From a virus (Duplodnaviria; Caudoviricetes): 64,000 bases of DNA. The position numbers were made by a program, and so were the translations under genes. Shown here piece by piece: positions 36,375-45,520 of the stretch; position 1 is the stretch's first letter; each line of letters opens with the position of its first letter. The stretch lies in IMG/VR virus record IMGVR_UViG_3300022752_000014, one strand, 5' to 3'. The notes beneath the pieces are model-generated. The model was given only the letters and a program-made list of their open reading frames with translations, did no database searches and was not told the origin of the DNA.

Positions 36375-37315
36375 AGATTACTTTAGTTGGTCCTGGCATT
36401 ATGCCTATCCCTCCCACTGGATGGGGAGCAGTTGAAATTTTAATTTGGGATACTAGAAATGCTCTAAAAAAATTAGGACACGAAGTTCAGATTGTAAACA
36501 CTAGAGATCCTAATCAAATCATTAATGAAATAAACGCCTTTAGACCTGATTTCGTACATGTACATTATGACGAATTTATAGGTGTCTATCCATACATTCA
36601 ATATCCAAAAGTAATTACAAGTCACTTCGGGTATTTGGAAAGACCAGAAATGTTCGGTGGATATGCAAATATTGCCAATGCATTTGCTCAGATCAAACCA
36701 AATATTTTTTGTTTATCTGATGGGATTAAGAACATCTATAAAATTTTGATGAATATTCCAGACGAAAAACTTTTTGTTACCCCTAATGGAGTTAACTGCG
36801 AAGCATTTAGATACGCTGAGACTCCCGCTTATCCTGATCGATCAATTTATCTTGCAAAGATTGATTATAGAAAAAGACAGCATTTGTTTCAATCAATTGA
36901 TAGTCTTTGGTTTGCTGGTAATAATGCAGACAGTAGGTTTAATACTTCTAAAAATTATCTTGGTGAATGGGATAAACCAACTTTGCACGACCAGTTAACT
37001 GAATATGGAAATCTTGTTCTACTAAGCGATGGTGAAGCACATCCTCTGGTGTGTATGGAGGCTCTATCTGCAGGACTTGGCGTTGTTGTTACTGAATGGG
37101 GAAAGGCAAACTTAGATCAGTCGAAGGAATTTATTACAATCATTCCTGAAGACAAGGTAGAGGACATTTCATACGTTGAAGAAAAAATTATAGAGAATAG
37201 AAATTATTCTGTACAAAACAGAAAAGAAATTTTAGAGTATTCTAAAGAGTTTGATTGGGTAAATATCATTCAAAATTATTATCTACCAAATGTTGAAAAG
37301 GTGATTGCGTTATGA
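36371..37315 (+). CDS. Glycosyltransferase GT4-like
   Basis: IPPTGWGAVE, EAHPLVCMEALSAG. Confidence 0.8.
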   Translation: MKITLVGPGIMPIPPTGWGAVEILIWDTRNALKKLGHEVQIVNTRDPNQIINEINAFRPDFVHVHYDEFIGVYPYIQYPKVITSHFGYLERPEMFGGYANIANAFAQIKPNIFCLSDGIKNIYKILMNIPDEKLFVTPNGVNCEAFRYAETPAYPDRSIYLAKIDYRKRQHLFQSIDSLWFAGNNADSRFNTSKNYLGEWDKPTLHDQLTEYGNLVLLSDGEAHPLVCMEALSAGLGVVVTEWGKANLDQSKEFITIIPEDKVEDISYVEEKIIENRNYSVQNRKEILEYSKEFDWVNIIQNYYLPNVEKVIAL

Positions 37316-38103
37316 TTGGTTTTAATGCACTGGGACAACTTGGTAGACTTGGAAATCAAATGTTCCAATTTGCCGCACTCAAAGGTATTGCTAGGAATAG
37401 AGGATTTGAGTATTGTATTCCACCAACAAAAAATCAAAATGAATGGACGGACCATCAATTATTCAATCCTTTTAAACTTTCTAATACCACACAGTTAAAC
37501 GTTCAGTTTATTGATGCTGATCGTCCTATAGTGGTAGAAGGTAGTTTTTCTTTTGATGAAAAACTGTTTAGTGGATGTCCAGATTGGGTTTCTATTCAAG
37601 GATACTTTCAAACAGAAAAGTATTTCGAACATATCAAAGATGAAATCAAAGGAGATTTTTCTTTCAAGGATGAAATCTTTGAACCTTGTAATGAAATGTT
37701 ATCTGAACTAGACTCCCCTATTTCGTTACATATTCGTAGAACAGATTATGTCACTAATCCAAATCATACTGCTCTTGGACTTGATTATTATGAAAAGGCA
37801 TTAAAAGAGTTTGATAAAGCATCAACAGTTCTTGTTTTCTCCGATGATCCAGAATGGTGTAACCAACAAGACATTTTTTCTGAAGATCGATTCTTGATTG
37901 CTGAAGGAAATTCAAATTATGTTGACCTTTGCTTAATGACTCTTTGCTCTAAGCATATTATTGCCAACAGTTCTTTTAGTTGGTGGGGGGCGTGGTTATC
38001 TGAACAAGAAAAAGTAGTTGCTCCCTCTGGTTGGTTTAAAGGTTCAAATAATGAACACCTAGATACTAAAGATATAATTCCTGAAGATTGGATGGTTATT
38101 TGA
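37312..38103 (+). CDS. Alpha-1,2-fucosyltransferase (GT11)
   Basis: GRLGNQMFQ, GYFQ, HIRRTDY, VFSDD, IANSSFSWW. Confidence 0.92.
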   Translation: MIGFNALGQLGRLGNQMFQFAALKGIARNRGFEYCIPPTKNQNEWTDHQLFNPFKLSNTTQLNVQFIDADRPIVVEGSFSFDEKLFSGCPDWVSIQGYFQTEKYFEHIKDEIKGDFSFKDEIFEPCNEMLSELDSPISLHIRRTDYVTNPNHTALGLDYYEKALKEFDKASTVLVFSDDPEWCNQQDIFSEDRFLIAEGNSNYVDLCLMTLCSKHIIANSSFSWWGAWLSEQEKVVAPSGWFKGSNNEHLDTKDIIPEDWMVI

Positions 38104-38822
38104 TGAAAGTTGCTATTTGTTTTATAGGTACGGGAGAGTATTTAAACTTTCTTCCAAACTATTATGAAAACCTTGAAAAGTATTTTTTGCCAAATACAGA
38201 AAAAACTATTTTGGTTTTCACTGATGGAGAGTTGAATGAAACTCCAGATAATTTAATTCCTTATTATCAAGAACATTTGGAGTGGCCTTATATTACACTG
38301 ACTCGTTTTGAAATTATTCAAAAAGCAAAAGACATCATTTCACAAAACGATTGGTTTGTTTTTATTGATGCTGATGCTTTAGTTGTTGACACAATTACAG
38401 AGGAAGACTTCTTTGATAGTACAAAGTCTTTCTTTGGAGTGCATCATCCTTGCCATTATCTTCAAATGCCACCTCACGATCAACTACCAGGTGCATTTGA
38501 AATCAATCCACTTTCAAGAGCGTGTATAACTGATAATGATGATACTTCTGTTTATTATCAGGGATGTTTATGGGGAGGAAAAGTTCCCGAAGTTCTTGAT
38601 ATGATTGGTGAGTTAGAGGATAGAGTTAAAAAAGATTTGGATGACAATGTAATTGCAGTTTGGCACGACGAAAGTCATCTCAATAAATTTTTCATTGAAA
38701 ATAAAAAAGAGGTTCATCTATTAGGACCTTCGTTTGCATATCCAGAAGTCTTTGAAACATATTGCAATTTTGAACCAAAGATAGTACACTTAGCGAAAAA
38801 CAATTCAAAATACCATGTTTGA
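38103..38822 (+). CDS. Glycosyltransferase family 6
   Basis: IGTGEY, WPYITLTRF, FIDAD, YYQGCLWGG, WHDESHLNK. Confidence 0.9.
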   Translation: MKVAICFIGTGEYLNFLPNYYENLEKYFLPNTEKTILVFTDGELNETPDNLIPYYQEHLEWPYITLTRFEIIQKAKDIISQNDWFVFIDADALVVDTITEEDFFDSTKSFFGVHHPCHYLQMPPHDQLPGAFEINPLSRACITDNDDTSVYYQGCLWGGKVPEVLDMIGELEDRVKKDLDDNVIAVWHDESHLNKFFIENKKEVHLLGPSFAYPEVFETYCNFEPKIVHLAKNNSKYHV

Positions 38823-39630
38823 TCTTAATGATAAGAATAAATCAACATATAAACTAAAAGGAATTGGACCAATCTATTATTTGAATCTTGATGGTCAACC
38901 TGATAGGAAAGAGTATATGGAATCCCAGTTCAAATACTGGGAGATAGAAAATTATACTCGTATTTCTGCGTATGATGGTCGTGAAGATGATCTAAGTGAT
39001 ATTATCTCTGGAAGATATCCTGAGATGATGACCTCTGGTGAGATTGGATGTATTACGTCTCATCTCAAAGCAATCAAGCATTGGTATGAAACTTCCGATA
39101 GTCAATATGCAATTATGATGGAAGATGATTGTAGTTTAGACTTAGTGAGATATTGGAATTTTACCTGGCAAGATTTTTATGCAAACATTCCTTATGATTG
39201 GGATATTGTACAAATTGCTATTATTTGTACAGGAGATATTCACGTTAAACTTCATAAGAGATTTGTAAATGATTTTTCAACGGCTTGCTATCTAATTAAT
39301 CGACATCACGCCGAAAAACTTCTAAAGCATCACGTAAGAGGAGAAAAATATAAACTTGATAATGGCGTAAAACCACGTCCAGTAGCAGATGATTTAATCT
39401 ATAATTCTGGTAATACTTACTCTATTCCTCTTCTTCTTTATAGAACGGAACTTGGTTCCAGTATTCACCCAGAGCACGTAGATGCTTTTCATAAAGGCAA
39501 CTACCAAGCACAATCTCAGTTCTGGGAACAGAATGGAGCAACCATTGATATCAAAGACTATATGAACTATGATCCGTACCTTGGTCGGATAACCGAAAAT
39601 TCAATGCACCAACAACAAGAAAATTCTTAA
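38815..39630 (+). CDS. Glycosyltransferase family 25
   Basis: YLNLD..DR, GEIGC..SH, MEDD. Confidence 0.85.
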   Translation: MFDLNDKNKSTYKLKGIGPIYYLNLDGQPDRKEYMESQFKYWEIENYTRISAYDGREDDLSDIISGRYPEMMTSGEIGCITSHLKAIKHWYETSDSQYAIMMEDDCSLDLVRYWNFTWQDFYANIPYDWDIVQIAIICTGDIHVKLHKRFVNDFSTACYLINRHHAEKLLKHHVRGEKYKLDNGVKPRPVADDLIYNSGNTYSIPLLLYRTELGSSIHPEHVDAFHKGNYQAQSQFWEQNGATIDIKDYMNYDPYLGRITENSMHQQQENS

Positions 39631-39644
39631 CCAAATCTTAATTG
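39626..39644 (+). promoter_or_regulatory. Pho-box-like tandem repeat upstream of porin
   Basis: CTTAACCA-AAT-CTTAATTG overlapping TTGACA. Confidence 0.55.
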
Positions 39645-39773
39645 ACACATCTGATACGGTTATGCTATGATACCGTTAACTTAATAGTCTTTTAAGATTT
39701 GATTAAGTCCCTCTAAATACTGAGGTTTTATCCAAAACCACATTTGTCGTTTAGTACAAAAACAAAAACTTTT

Positions 39774-41279
39774 ATGAAACTCAAACAACTGATGCTTGCA
39801 CCTGTTGCTCTGGGAATGGTTGCTCCTGTTGCTGCGAATGCGGCAGATCTTAATATGGCTGCAGTCAACCAATATGTTTCCTCAGAACAAGCTACAAGCG
39901 TCACACAATTTACAGATGTCAAGCCTGGTGATTGGGCATATCAAGCCCTAGGCAATCTTATTGAAAAGTATGGTTGCATTGCTGGACTCACCGACAGCAC
40001 TTTTGCTGGTGGTAAGACTCTGACTCGTTTTGAGGCAGCAGCACTTTTGAACTCCTGTCTTGAGCGTGTAACCGAAAACACTGATGAACTTAATCGTCTT
40101 GCTAACGATTTTGCCAAGGAACTAACTGTTCTCCGTGGGCAAATCGCTAAACTGGACAAGAAGATTGGTTCTGTTGAAGCACAACAGTTTTCCACTACCA
40201 CCAAACTCAAGGGCGAAGCAACCTTCGTTCTGGGTGGTGTAGAAGGTGCTCGTCTTGCTAACAATACTAACGTTGGCAACACTGCTTTCAACTATGATCT
40301 TCGTCTGAGTTTTGATACTTCCTTCACTGGTAAGGATCTGCTCAAGACCCGTCTGCGTACTGGCAACTTCTCCAGTCAACCCTTCGGTTCATCTTCTTCC
40401 CTGTTCAAACTGGACAAGGCAGAAACCTATGCAAATGCTTTCCAACTGGATCGCCTTTACTATCGTTTCCCCGCACTTGCCAAGGGCGTGAACCTGACTG
40501 CTGGTGCTATCGTTCGTAACACCGAAATGGCGTGGATGCCCACCGCATACAAGTCTGATATTCTAGACTTCTTTGCTGTTGCTGGTGCTCCTGGTGTTTA
40601 TAACAAGGCAACTGGTTCTGGTTTCGGCGTAGAGTGGACTCAACAAGTCAAGAAGGGCAAACCTGCTCTTACTGCTGCTCTGAACTATGTTGCTCAAAGT
40701 GGTGACAACTCTTCTAAGGGACAGTTTGATGAGACTGGTGCTCTGAACACTCTTGCTCAAGTTGGTTATCGTGCTCCTCAGTATGGTATTGCTTTCGGTT
40801 ACCGCTATGGCACTGAAGGAACCCGTGTTCGTAACTTCAATGCTATCGGTGGTGGTTCTGCTGCTCTTGTTGCTGGACAAACTTCTAGCAGCTATGCTAT
40901 CAACGCATACTGGCAACCTAAGAAGTCGGGTATCATTCCTTCTGTGAGTGGTTCCTACGGTTGGACTGATGTAAGTCTGAATGCTGCTGGTAAGCAAACT
41001 CCTACTGGTGCTACCAACTCTCAGACTTGGATGGCAGGTCTTCAGTGGAGTGATGTATTTGCCAAGGGTAATGCTGCTGGTTTTGCCATCGGTGCTCCTG
41101 GTAATGCTGCTTCCCTTGCAGATGATAAGAAGGCTCTCATGTGGGAAGCATTCTATCGTTACAAGGTCAGTGACAACATCAGTGTAACTCCTGCTGTGTT
41201 CTATGTTTCCAACAACCAAGGATTCAAGAATGCTTCGGACAACTACGGTGGTGTGATTCAGACGACTTTCCGTTTCTGA
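39774..41279 (+). CDS. Cyanobacterial SLH-domain outer-membrane porin (Som-type)
   Basis: Signal peptide, FTDVKPGDWAYQAL SLH, FSTTTKLKGE, terminal Phe. Confidence 0.92.
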   Translation: MKLKQLMLAPVALGMVAPVAANAADLNMAAVNQYVSSEQATSVTQFTDVKPGDWAYQALGNLIEKYGCIAGLTDSTFAGGKTLTRFEAAALLNSCLERVTENTDELNRLANDFAKELTVLRGQIAKLDKKIGSVEAQQFSTTTKLKGEATFVLGGVEGARLANNTNVGNTAFNYDLRLSFDTSFTGKDLLKTRLRTGNFSSQPFGSSSSLFKLDKAETYANAFQLDRLYYRFPALAKGVNLTAGAIVRNTEMAWMPTAYKSDILDFFAVAGAPGVYNKATGSGFGVEWTQQVKKGKPALTAALNYVAQSGDNSSKGQFDETGALNTLAQVGYRAPQYGIAFGYRYGTEGTRVRNFNAIGGGSAALVAGQTSSSYAINAYWQPKKSGIIPSVSGSYGWTDVSLNAAGKQTPTGATNSQTWMAGLQWSDVFAKGNAAGFAIGAPGNAASLADDKKALMWEAFYRYKVSDNISVTPAVFYVSNNQGFKNASDNYGGVIQTTFRF

Positions 41280-41301
41280 TAGTATTCATCTGATACACTC
41301 T

Positions 41302-41325
41302 AACCACCCTTCGGGGTGGTTTTTT
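41302..41325 (+). terminator. Intrinsic terminator
   Basis: AACCACCC-TTCG-GGGTGGTT-TTTT. Confidence 0.9.
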
Positions 41326-41340
41326 GAGTGTTTGGGGACA

Positions 41341-41359
41341 TTTAACCTCCTCTTAAATT
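41341..41359 (+). promoter_or_regulatory. Pho-box-like tandem repeat upstream of pstS
   Basis: TTTAACCT-CCT-CTTAAATT, then TACAAT at 41368. Confidence 0.65.
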
Positions 41360-41397
41360 TAATCAAGTACAATTACTCAAGAAGTTTTTTAATTCTA

Positions 41398-42366
41398 ATG
41401 AAACTCAAACACATTGCTACAATTGGTCTTGCTCTGATGCCTACCACTGCATTTGCTGGACCTGCTCTCAATGGTGCTGGTGCTACGTTCCCTGCACCTC
41501 TTTATCAACGTTGGCTTGCTGATTATGCTGCTGCCACTGGTAACCGTGTGAATTATCAGTCCGTTGGATCTGGTGCTGGTATCAAACAGTTTATCAAAGA
41601 AACTGTTGACTTTGCTGCATCTGACGAACCTATCAGTGCCAAGGATGGTGCCAAAGTCAAGCGTGGATATGTTCAACTGCCGATGACTGCTGGCACTATT
41701 GACGTTGCCTACAACAAACCTGGATGCAAACTGCGTCTGACCCAGAAGCAGGTTGTTGATGTATTCCAAGGTGATATCAAGGATTGGAAAGCACTTGGTT
41801 GTGCTGCTGGTCCTATCAAAGTTGTTTATCGTTCTGATGGTTCTGGCACTACCTTTGCCTTTACCAACTCTCTGAAGGCATTTGGTGGTTGGACTGCAGG
41901 TGCAGCTAAGTCAATCAATTGGCCTACTGGTGTTGGTGCCAAAGGTAACGAAGGTGTTGCTGGAACCCTTGTGAATACTCCTGGTTCTATTGGTTATCTC
42001 TCACACGCATTTGTGAAGAATAACAAGCAACTTCAGTCCGCCTCTCTTCAAAACAAGGCAGGAAACTATATTCTTCCCACCCTCAAAAGTGGATTTGCTG
42101 CTGTTAATGGTATCAAACTTGATCCCGCTTCTCTTGCTGGCGAAGATCCTAATCCTGCTGCTCCTAATGCTTATCCTATTACGACGCTAACTTGGGTCCT
42201 TGCTTATAAAGAAGGTAATGGTGCCAAGCGTGATGATATCCGCGATGCCCTTAACTACATGCTGAGTGGTAAGGCACAACTGCTTGCTGATGATCTGGGT
42301 TATGTTCCTCTTGCTGGTTCTGTTCTGAACAGAGCAAGGAATAAAGTAAAGCAAATCGGTCAGTAA
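41398..42366 (+). CDS. pstS: Phosphate-binding protein PstS
   Basis: GAGATFPAPLY, VGSGAG, RSDGSGTT, GAKGNEGV, YPITTLTW. Confidence 0.96.
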   Translation: MKLKHIATIGLALMPTTAFAGPALNGAGATFPAPLYQRWLADYAAATGNRVNYQSVGSGAGIKQFIKETVDFAASDEPISAKDGAKVKRGYVQLPMTAGTIDVAYNKPGCKLRLTQKQVVDVFQGDIKDWKALGCAAGPIKVVYRSDGSGTTFAFTNSLKAFGGWTAGAAKSINWPTGVGAKGNEGVAGTLVNTPGSIGYLSHAFVKNNKQLQSASLQNKAGNYILPTLKSGFAAVNGIKLDPASLAGEDPNPAAPNAYPITTLTWVLAYKEGNGAKRDDIRDALNYMLSGKAQLLADDLGYVPLAGSVLNRARNKVKQIGQ

Positions 42367-42396
42367 ATCCTAACAAATTAAGTATAAATTACTACC

Positions 42397-42433
42397 AGGG
42401 GTGCTTGACACCCCTTTATTTTTCCTATATAAT
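42397..42433 (+). promoter_or_regulatory. Fused terminator/promoter cassette upstream of hli
   Basis: AGGGGTG-CTTGA-CACCCCT + T-rich; TTGACA-17-TATAAT. Confidence 0.8.
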
Positions 42434-42460
42434 TGTGTAACAATTCTTAAAGAATGTACA

Positions 42461-42655
42461 ATGACTGTAACAACTAACGAACTTGGACAACAGAATATGT
42501 TTGCCAAGGAACCTGTAATGTATTACGAAAACTATGGGATGTTATCTCCCAATCAAGTAAAGGAGAGAACTAATGGGCGCTGGGCAATGGTCGGTATTGT
42601 TGCTGGTTTTATTTCTTATGCGCTCACTGGCAACCTCTACTTCGGACTCTTCTGA
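42461..42655 (+). CDS. hli: High-light-inducible protein
   Basis: ERTNGRWAMVG. Confidence 0.9.
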   Translation: MTVTTNELGQQNMFAKEPVMYYENYGMLSPNQVKERTNGRWAMVGIVAGFISYALTGNLYFGLF

Positions 42656-42664
42656 GGGTTGACA

Positions 42665-42751
42665 ATGGCTTCAATTATCTTTACAATTACTAGTGTTGCC
42701 TTTTTCGTTTTACTGGCACACTCCGTAAATCAACTATCAGAAACCTACTAA
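42665..42751 (+). CDS. Single-TM micro-protein (28 aa)
   Basis: MASIIFTITSVAFFVLLAHSVNQLSETY*; GAGG SD. Confidence 0.5.
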   Translation: MASIIFTITSVAFFVLLAHSVNQLSETY

Positions 42752-42754
42752 TTT

Positions 42755-43045
42755 ATGGCTTACAATGTTACTCTCCGTTCTCCCGACGGCTCCGAAACCA
42801 CTATTCAGTGTGAGGGTGATCAGTATATTCTTGAAGCAGCAGAAGAAGCAGGTGTGGATCTTCCTTCTTCGTGTAAGGCAGGTGCTTGCTCCGCTTGTGC
42901 TGGCAAACTGATTAGCGGCACTGTGGATAACGAAGAGCAGTCGTTCCTGGATGATGAACAGCAGGCAGATGGTTGGATTCTCACTTGTGTTGCATATCCC
43001 ACCAGCGACTGCGTAATTCTGACCGAACAGGAAGAGAACCTGTGA
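42755..43045 (+). CDS. petF: Plant-type [2Fe-2S] ferredoxin
   Basis: CKAGACSAC...LTC. Confidence 0.96.
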   Translation: MAYNVTLRSPDGSETTIQCEGDQYILEAAEEAGVDLPSSCKAGACSACAGKLISGTVDNEEQSFLDDEQQADGWILTCVAYPTSDCVILTEQEENL

Positions 43046-43317
43046 GTGCTGAAATGCTTGGGCAGTTTGCAATTGCTCTTCAAAAACTTGGATGGGATGC
43101 CGACGATGAACTCTCTGTTGAGATTGGCGGTGTAGCAGTTACAGGAACTGCTACTCACCCAGATGCCAACGCTAAGTGGGCAAAACCATTTGGAACTGTA
43201 TCTTATCAGAACGATGCTTTTATTGTCATCAAAAATAAAACCAGGAGTCCTATGGTTTTTTCCCAACCTAATCCTGAACTTAAACAACAACACCCCTATC
43301 AAGGAGAAAAACAATGA
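43042..43317 (+). CDS. Conserved hypothetical protein
   Basis: GTGA overlap with petF; 91 aa. Confidence 0.65.
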   Translation: MSAEMLGQFAIALQKLGWDADDELSVEIGGVAVTGTATHPDANAKWAKPFGTVSYQNDAFIVIKNKTRSPMVFSQPNPELKQQHPYQGEKQ

Positions 43318-43421
43318 ACGAAAAAGCAGAACGTATTAATGGTTGGGCAGCAATGATCGGTATTGTTGCTGCAATGGGCTCTTATGCCTTCACCGGACAG
43401 ATTATTCCGGGTGTATGGTGA
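43314..43421 (+). CDS. hli: High-light-inducible protein (35 aa)
   Basis: [35 protein letters not shown]. Confidence 0.92.
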   Translation: MNEKAERINGWAAMIGIVAAMGSYAFTGQIIPGVW

Positions 43422-43960
43422 TGGAGGTTAAGATGCGTAAAGAAGGTTATACAATCCCTGAGGTTCAGTTTCAGTTTCGTGAATCAGGTGAGTTTGTAAC
43501 ACGTACTTCTACCGAACTTTTCAATAGCAAGCGTGTTGTAATCTTCTCTCTTCCTGGTGCATTCACTCCTACTTGCAGTGCTTATCAACTCCCTGGATTT
43601 GAGGAGAAGTATGAGGACTTTATTGCTCTTGGAGTAGATGAAATTTATTGCATCTCTGTTAATGATGGTTTCGTAATGAATGCCTGGGCACAAGACCAGA
43701 ACATTGAGAAAGTCAAACTCATTCCTGACGGCAATGCATATTTCACTCGCTCTATGGGATTCCTTGTCAGCAAGTCTAACCTTGGTTTCGGTGATCGCTC
43801 TTGGCGTTATGCTGCAATTGTGGATAACGGAATCATCGAGAAACTCTTCGTGGAGGAGGGTATGCGTGACAATGCGGACACAGACCCATATGAGGTATCG
43901 ACACCTGAAAATGTTTTGAGTTATGTTGCTGCCAATGTAAAAGTTGGTGCTACGGTTTGA
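43421..43960 (+). CDS. Type II peroxiredoxin (PRX5-like)
   Basis: LPGAFTPTCS, SVNDGFVMNAW, RSWRYA. Confidence 0.92.
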   Translation: MEVKMRKEGYTIPEVQFQFRESGEFVTRTSTELFNSKRVVIFSLPGAFTPTCSAYQLPGFEEKYEDFIALGVDEIYCISVNDGFVMNAWAQDQNIEKVKLIPDGNAYFTRSMGFLVSKSNLGFGDRSWRYAAIVDNGIIEKLFVEEGMRDNADTDPYEVSTPENVLSYVAANVKVGATV

Positions 43961-43969
43961 AAATAAATG

Positions 43970-43994
43970 AGCGCCCCAAAAGGGCGCTTTTTTA
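43970..43994 (+). terminator. Intrinsic terminator followed by late motif TAAATA
   Basis: AGCGCCC-CAAAA-GGGCGCT-T-tract. Confidence 0.85.
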
Positions 43995-44025
43995 CTAAAT
44001 ACCTCAGTGTTTAGAGTAATATCCA

Positions 44026-44697
44026 ATGACCCTAGATCTTCATAACTTTTTTAAGTTTTATGATGAGAAGAACGCAAACCACGTTGCTGCTGTTCAGTGG
44101 TTGGAAGACCATCTTCCAGAAAAATTCCTAGATGATGCAGAGACTGACTGGATTGGTATTTTTAGAACGAAACCACCAACTCCAGAAGTACTCGCAGTTC
44201 CATACTTTAATCAAGTAGACAACTACAGAGATGCACATAGAACTTGTAACAGTTCATCGTGCGCTATGTGCCTTGCTTTCCTCAAACCAGGTAGCATCAA
44301 AGGCGACGATGAATATGTCAAGAAAGTATTTGAGATTGGCGACACGACTGACCATGCGGTACAGACAAAAGTTCTGGCGGCTTATGGAGTTAAGTCACAC
44401 TTTAGTTACAATCTTTCTTTTGCTGATATTGATAAAAGTCTCGATGCTGGGAAGCCCGTTGTTATTGGTATCCTTCACAGGGGTCCTCTTTCTGCACCTA
44501 CTGGCGGGCACATGGTTGTAGTCATTGGCAAGACTCCTGATGAAAAAGGATATTTTGTCAATGATCCATATGGTTCTTGCAACGATAACTACACTGGTCC
44601 AGTAACAAATGGTAAGAAGACCATTTACACAAAGGCAATGCTTAAGCATCGTTGGTGCCCAGGTGGCAACGATGGTTGGGGTAGAATTTTCGACTGA
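44026..44697 (+). CDS. Peptidase C39-like protein
   Basis: RTCNSSSCAM, GGHMVVVIG, VNDPYG. Confidence 0.82.
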   Translation: MTLDLHNFFKFYDEKNANHVAAVQWLEDHLPEKFLDDAETDWIGIFRTKPPTPEVLAVPYFNQVDNYRDAHRTCNSSSCAMCLAFLKPGSIKGDDEYVKKVFEIGDTTDHAVQTKVLAAYGVKSHFSYNLSFADIDKSLDAGKPVVIGILHRGPLSAPTGGHMVVVIGKTPDEKGYFVNDPYGSCNDNYTGPVTNGKKTIYTKAMLKHRWCPGGNDGWGRIFD

Positions 44698-44711
44698 TAG
44701 GAGAAACAACA

Positions 44712-45380
44712 ATGGCACGTATCGATCTGCATAACTTCTTTCAATTCTATGATGAAAGAAATCCTAACCACGTCAAAGCAGTTCAGTGGTTAGAGGACAA
44801 TCTCCCCGTTGAATATCTTGGTGATACTGTGGAGTGGGCGGAGATTTTTAGAGGAAAAAAGACTAGTGCTGCACCAGCAACCCCAGCTGCTGCAGCTCCT
44901 GTAACAGGTGGTGATGATGTTCCTATGATGGGCATCAAGTTGATCAAAGAGTTTGAGGGTTGCAGACTAAATGCATACCCAGACCCTCTGACTGGTAATC
45001 TTCCAATCACAATTGGTTGGGGATGCACTCGTAAGAAGGATGGTTCAGCGTTCAAGATGGGAGATAAGATTACACAAGCAGAAGCAGATGAACTTCTGAT
45101 TGAAGAATGTAAGCATAACTTTCTCCCAGCACTCAGAAAAATCCCACACTGGAGTGAAATGTCTGATGGAAAAAGAGGCGCTCTGCTCAGCTTTGCTTAT
45201 AATCTTGGTGCCGCTTTTTACGGTGGCGATAACTTTAATACTATTACTAAACGCTTGAAGAATAAAGAATGGGACTTAGTTCCTGATGCTTTATATCTCT
45301 ACCGCAATCCTGGTTCAAATGTAGAAGCAGGTTTAGCACGTAGAAGAAAGGCAGAAGGAGAAGCGTGGAAGAAAGGATAA
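44712..45380 (+). CDS. Lysozyme GH24 endolysin
   Basis: IKEFEGCRLNAYPD...TIGWG, LSFAYNLG, GLARRRKAE. Confidence 0.92.
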   Translation: MARIDLHNFFQFYDERNPNHVKAVQWLEDNLPVEYLGDTVEWAEIFRGKKTSAAPATPAAAAPVTGGDDVPMMGIKLIKEFEGCRLNAYPDPLTGNLPITIGWGCTRKKDGSAFKMGDKITQAEADELLIEECKHNFLPALRKIPHWSEMSDGKRGALLSFAYNLGAAFYGGDNFNTITKRLKNKEWDLVPDALYLYRNPGSNVEAGLARRRKAEGEAWKKG

Positions 45381-45520
45381 ATAGTAACAATCACAACTGA
45401 TTCTTGATCTTCTGATCTGAATCTACATACCCCAAGTCCTCTAAGACTTGGTGAATACTTTACTTTTAAACAACTTCGGTTTGTTTTGTTTAGTACACAC
45501 TAAGTAATAGAGGACTTTTT

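Noticed and set aside
40563-41219. 218-aa minus-strand ORF
   Set aside because: Antisense shadow of the porin gene, explained by biased codons; no motif or SD
42434-42452. RpaB HLR1-like site at the hli start (and similar at 21386 and 51731)
   Set aside because: Several mismatches or wrong repeat period; not distinguishable from AT-rich background by eye
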